Source of the DNA: Epiperipatus broadwayi
Lineage: Eukaryota > Animalia > Onychophora
NCBI GenBank assembly: GCA_028023455.1
Contig: JAQFVV010000006.1
Coordinates: forward strand, 6,200,001 to 6,264,000
Direction of reading: 5' to 3'
Length of the DNA: 64,000 bases
The translations under genes and the position numbers were made by a program. The notes beneath the pieces were generated by a model. The model saw nothing but the letters and a program-made list of their open reading frames with translations. It was not told where the DNA came from and made no database searches. Positions 62,345-64,000 of the stretch are shown here, piece by piece. Position 1 is the stretch's first letter; each line of letters opens with the position of its first letter.

Positions 62345-62745
62345 ACACGTGACCACACACATGTGAAAAAGATAAATAATCTCCAATATATGCATTTTGT
62401 GCTGAGCCAGTACTAATCAGTTAGTCCAGATCATCATCTCCCACATATATATATAATCAATTCTCAGTTTATATTAAGGCAGCAAATTTTCACACTTAAT
62501 GGACAGGATTCAACCTAGTCCACCCTTAATATAAACCGAGCACTGATTATATATATATGTGTGTGGAAGATGATGATCTGAAACAACTGATGAGTGCTGG
62601 TTCAGCATGAAATACATATATTGGAGATCATTTATCTTTTTTACATGTGTATAGTCATGTGTATCGGTTGTATGAGATGGAGTAGATGGCTGAAGGGAGC
62701 TTGAAAGTCTGTGTTCAAATCCCCTATATTACAGCTAGACTCCAG
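62345..62745. mobile_element. Hammerhead family A1 foldback
   Basis: Arms ~62345-62480 and ~62525-62665. The right copy continues to GTTCAAATCCCCTATAT. The left motif is decayed (G8 and G12 lost). Confidence 0.85.
62584..62624 (+). ncRNA. Minimal type I hammerhead motif (family A), core intact
   Basis: CAA CTGATGA GTGCTG GTT CAGCAT GAAA TACATAT A TTGG. AUA triplet. Confidence 0.7.
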
Positions 62746-64000
62746 AAATATATTTAAAATATATATAATATTGATAAAAACTGTATTTTACAATATTATA
62801 TGTATTTGATATATAGTTATCCACTTTTATGGGTTTAAAATAAATAGAATTTAACTTTCCCACGTGATTCTAAAACTGTACATCAAAGAGGCTGTGTTTA
62901 CATGTAGTTTATAGTATTAATTAGATTAGATATCTTTATATATATACCTGAAGTTGCAGATGTTCATAATCATTTCGCACTTTCTTTGTAGTGTACCAAG
63001 AACAGGTACTATTAAAGTGATTTTAAAATGTTCTGCTGAATTACAAAAATCAGAAAATATATATGTTCTGTATTTCGCATCATCGCTATGAATACAAGGC
63101 AAACGGCCTCGAAAGCACTTAGTGTTTAATATTTTTTGCACTCTCTAGCTTCTCTTTTAAGCACTTCACACGCTTTTAATTTTATATATGTAATATTAGA
63201 AAAATGATGTATTTCATGTTACCCATATTGCATACAGTTGTTCTTTTATCTGGATTTTAAAATGAGTAGAAATGAACTCCTCCACATAAGTGTGATTGTA
63301 AAACTGTAGAAAAAGAGGCTAAACCACTAGTTGGATTATCTACTCTATGAATATCTGAATCTTCAAGTGTAAATAGTTGATTTATATTTGGTTAATGGTG
63401 TAATAAGCATAGGATGGGTAAAAGTGAATTGGTAGTGTTCCTATTGAGTTAGCAAAAATGGAAATTTCACTCATAGTATTAAAGAAATGATATACTTTAT
63501 AATATTATGATTAAATAATATTTAAAAGCTAAAAGAAGTAAGATTTAAAGATCGTTCAAAAGACACAATTTAGTTTTCTTCTTTTTTTAGTGAGTATAAT
63601 TTTTTTTTAAATAGCTACAATGAAAGTTATTTTTGTTTTGCATTATCTGTTTAATTAAAAATAAGAATTAAGATTGGGAAAAATGGAAACACATACAGAT
63701 TGCTAATCCAGATAGACAAAAGAAAGTAATTAAAATCAAAGTGATGTTCCTAATGCTTTTTAAAGATGGCCGAAATAATTTATAAAAATAGGATTTTGTA
63801 AATAAAGACTAACAAGGAATGTAGAAGATTATAGAATAATAAAACAAAAGATAAGAAAATATGTGCCGGACATCTCAAAAATGGTCCTCTATATAAAAGC
63901 AGACAAAGTTTAGAAATGGGCTTTTTACCTGTGTTTTTCTGTCTGTTCTTGTGTGCAGCATTTTTGAAGCTGTAATAAAATGCTATCACATAGAACTATT

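Noticed and set aside
62926-63141. Possible first exon on the minus strand ending at a CAG/GTATAT donor
   Set aside because: No recognisable domain and no matching downstream exon found. Similar weak exon-like stretches near 36.8-36.9, 59.5-59.6 and 60.8-61.0 kb were also unsupported.

Overview
Strongly AT-rich, repeat-saturated eukaryotic DNA, probably from an invertebrate. No host protein-coding gene could be recognised. The only protein-like sequence is decayed transposon ORFs: a near full-length RTE LINE (21.8-24.6 kb, minus), three copies of an esterase-ORF1 (RTEX/CR1-type) LINE, a Penelope-like RT/GIY-YIG remnant (33.4-34.1 kb), a mariner remnant, and a solo LTR inside a Tc2-like MITE. 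The main hidden structure is about six distinct families of short non-coding elements, each built around a minimal type I hammerhead ribozyme (CUGANGA-stem II-GAAA, short and usually palindromic stem III). More than 20 intact or decayed motifs are visible. They include a U3-A8 covariant core and cores with an extra base after A9. Most sit in foldback insertions of one polarity (ribozyme-sense 3' ends outside). One foldback and one monomer-plus-overlap copy have 12-15 bp target-site duplications. This looks like a retrozyme-like, non-autonomous Penelope-type system. Also present are a ~95-bp tRNA-Gly-derived SINE with TCC, TAC or TGC anticodons, a 67-bp tandem array of a tRNA-like SINE head, and three CpG-retaining promoter-like patches. 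All structures were folded by eye; none has been tested computationally or experimentally.
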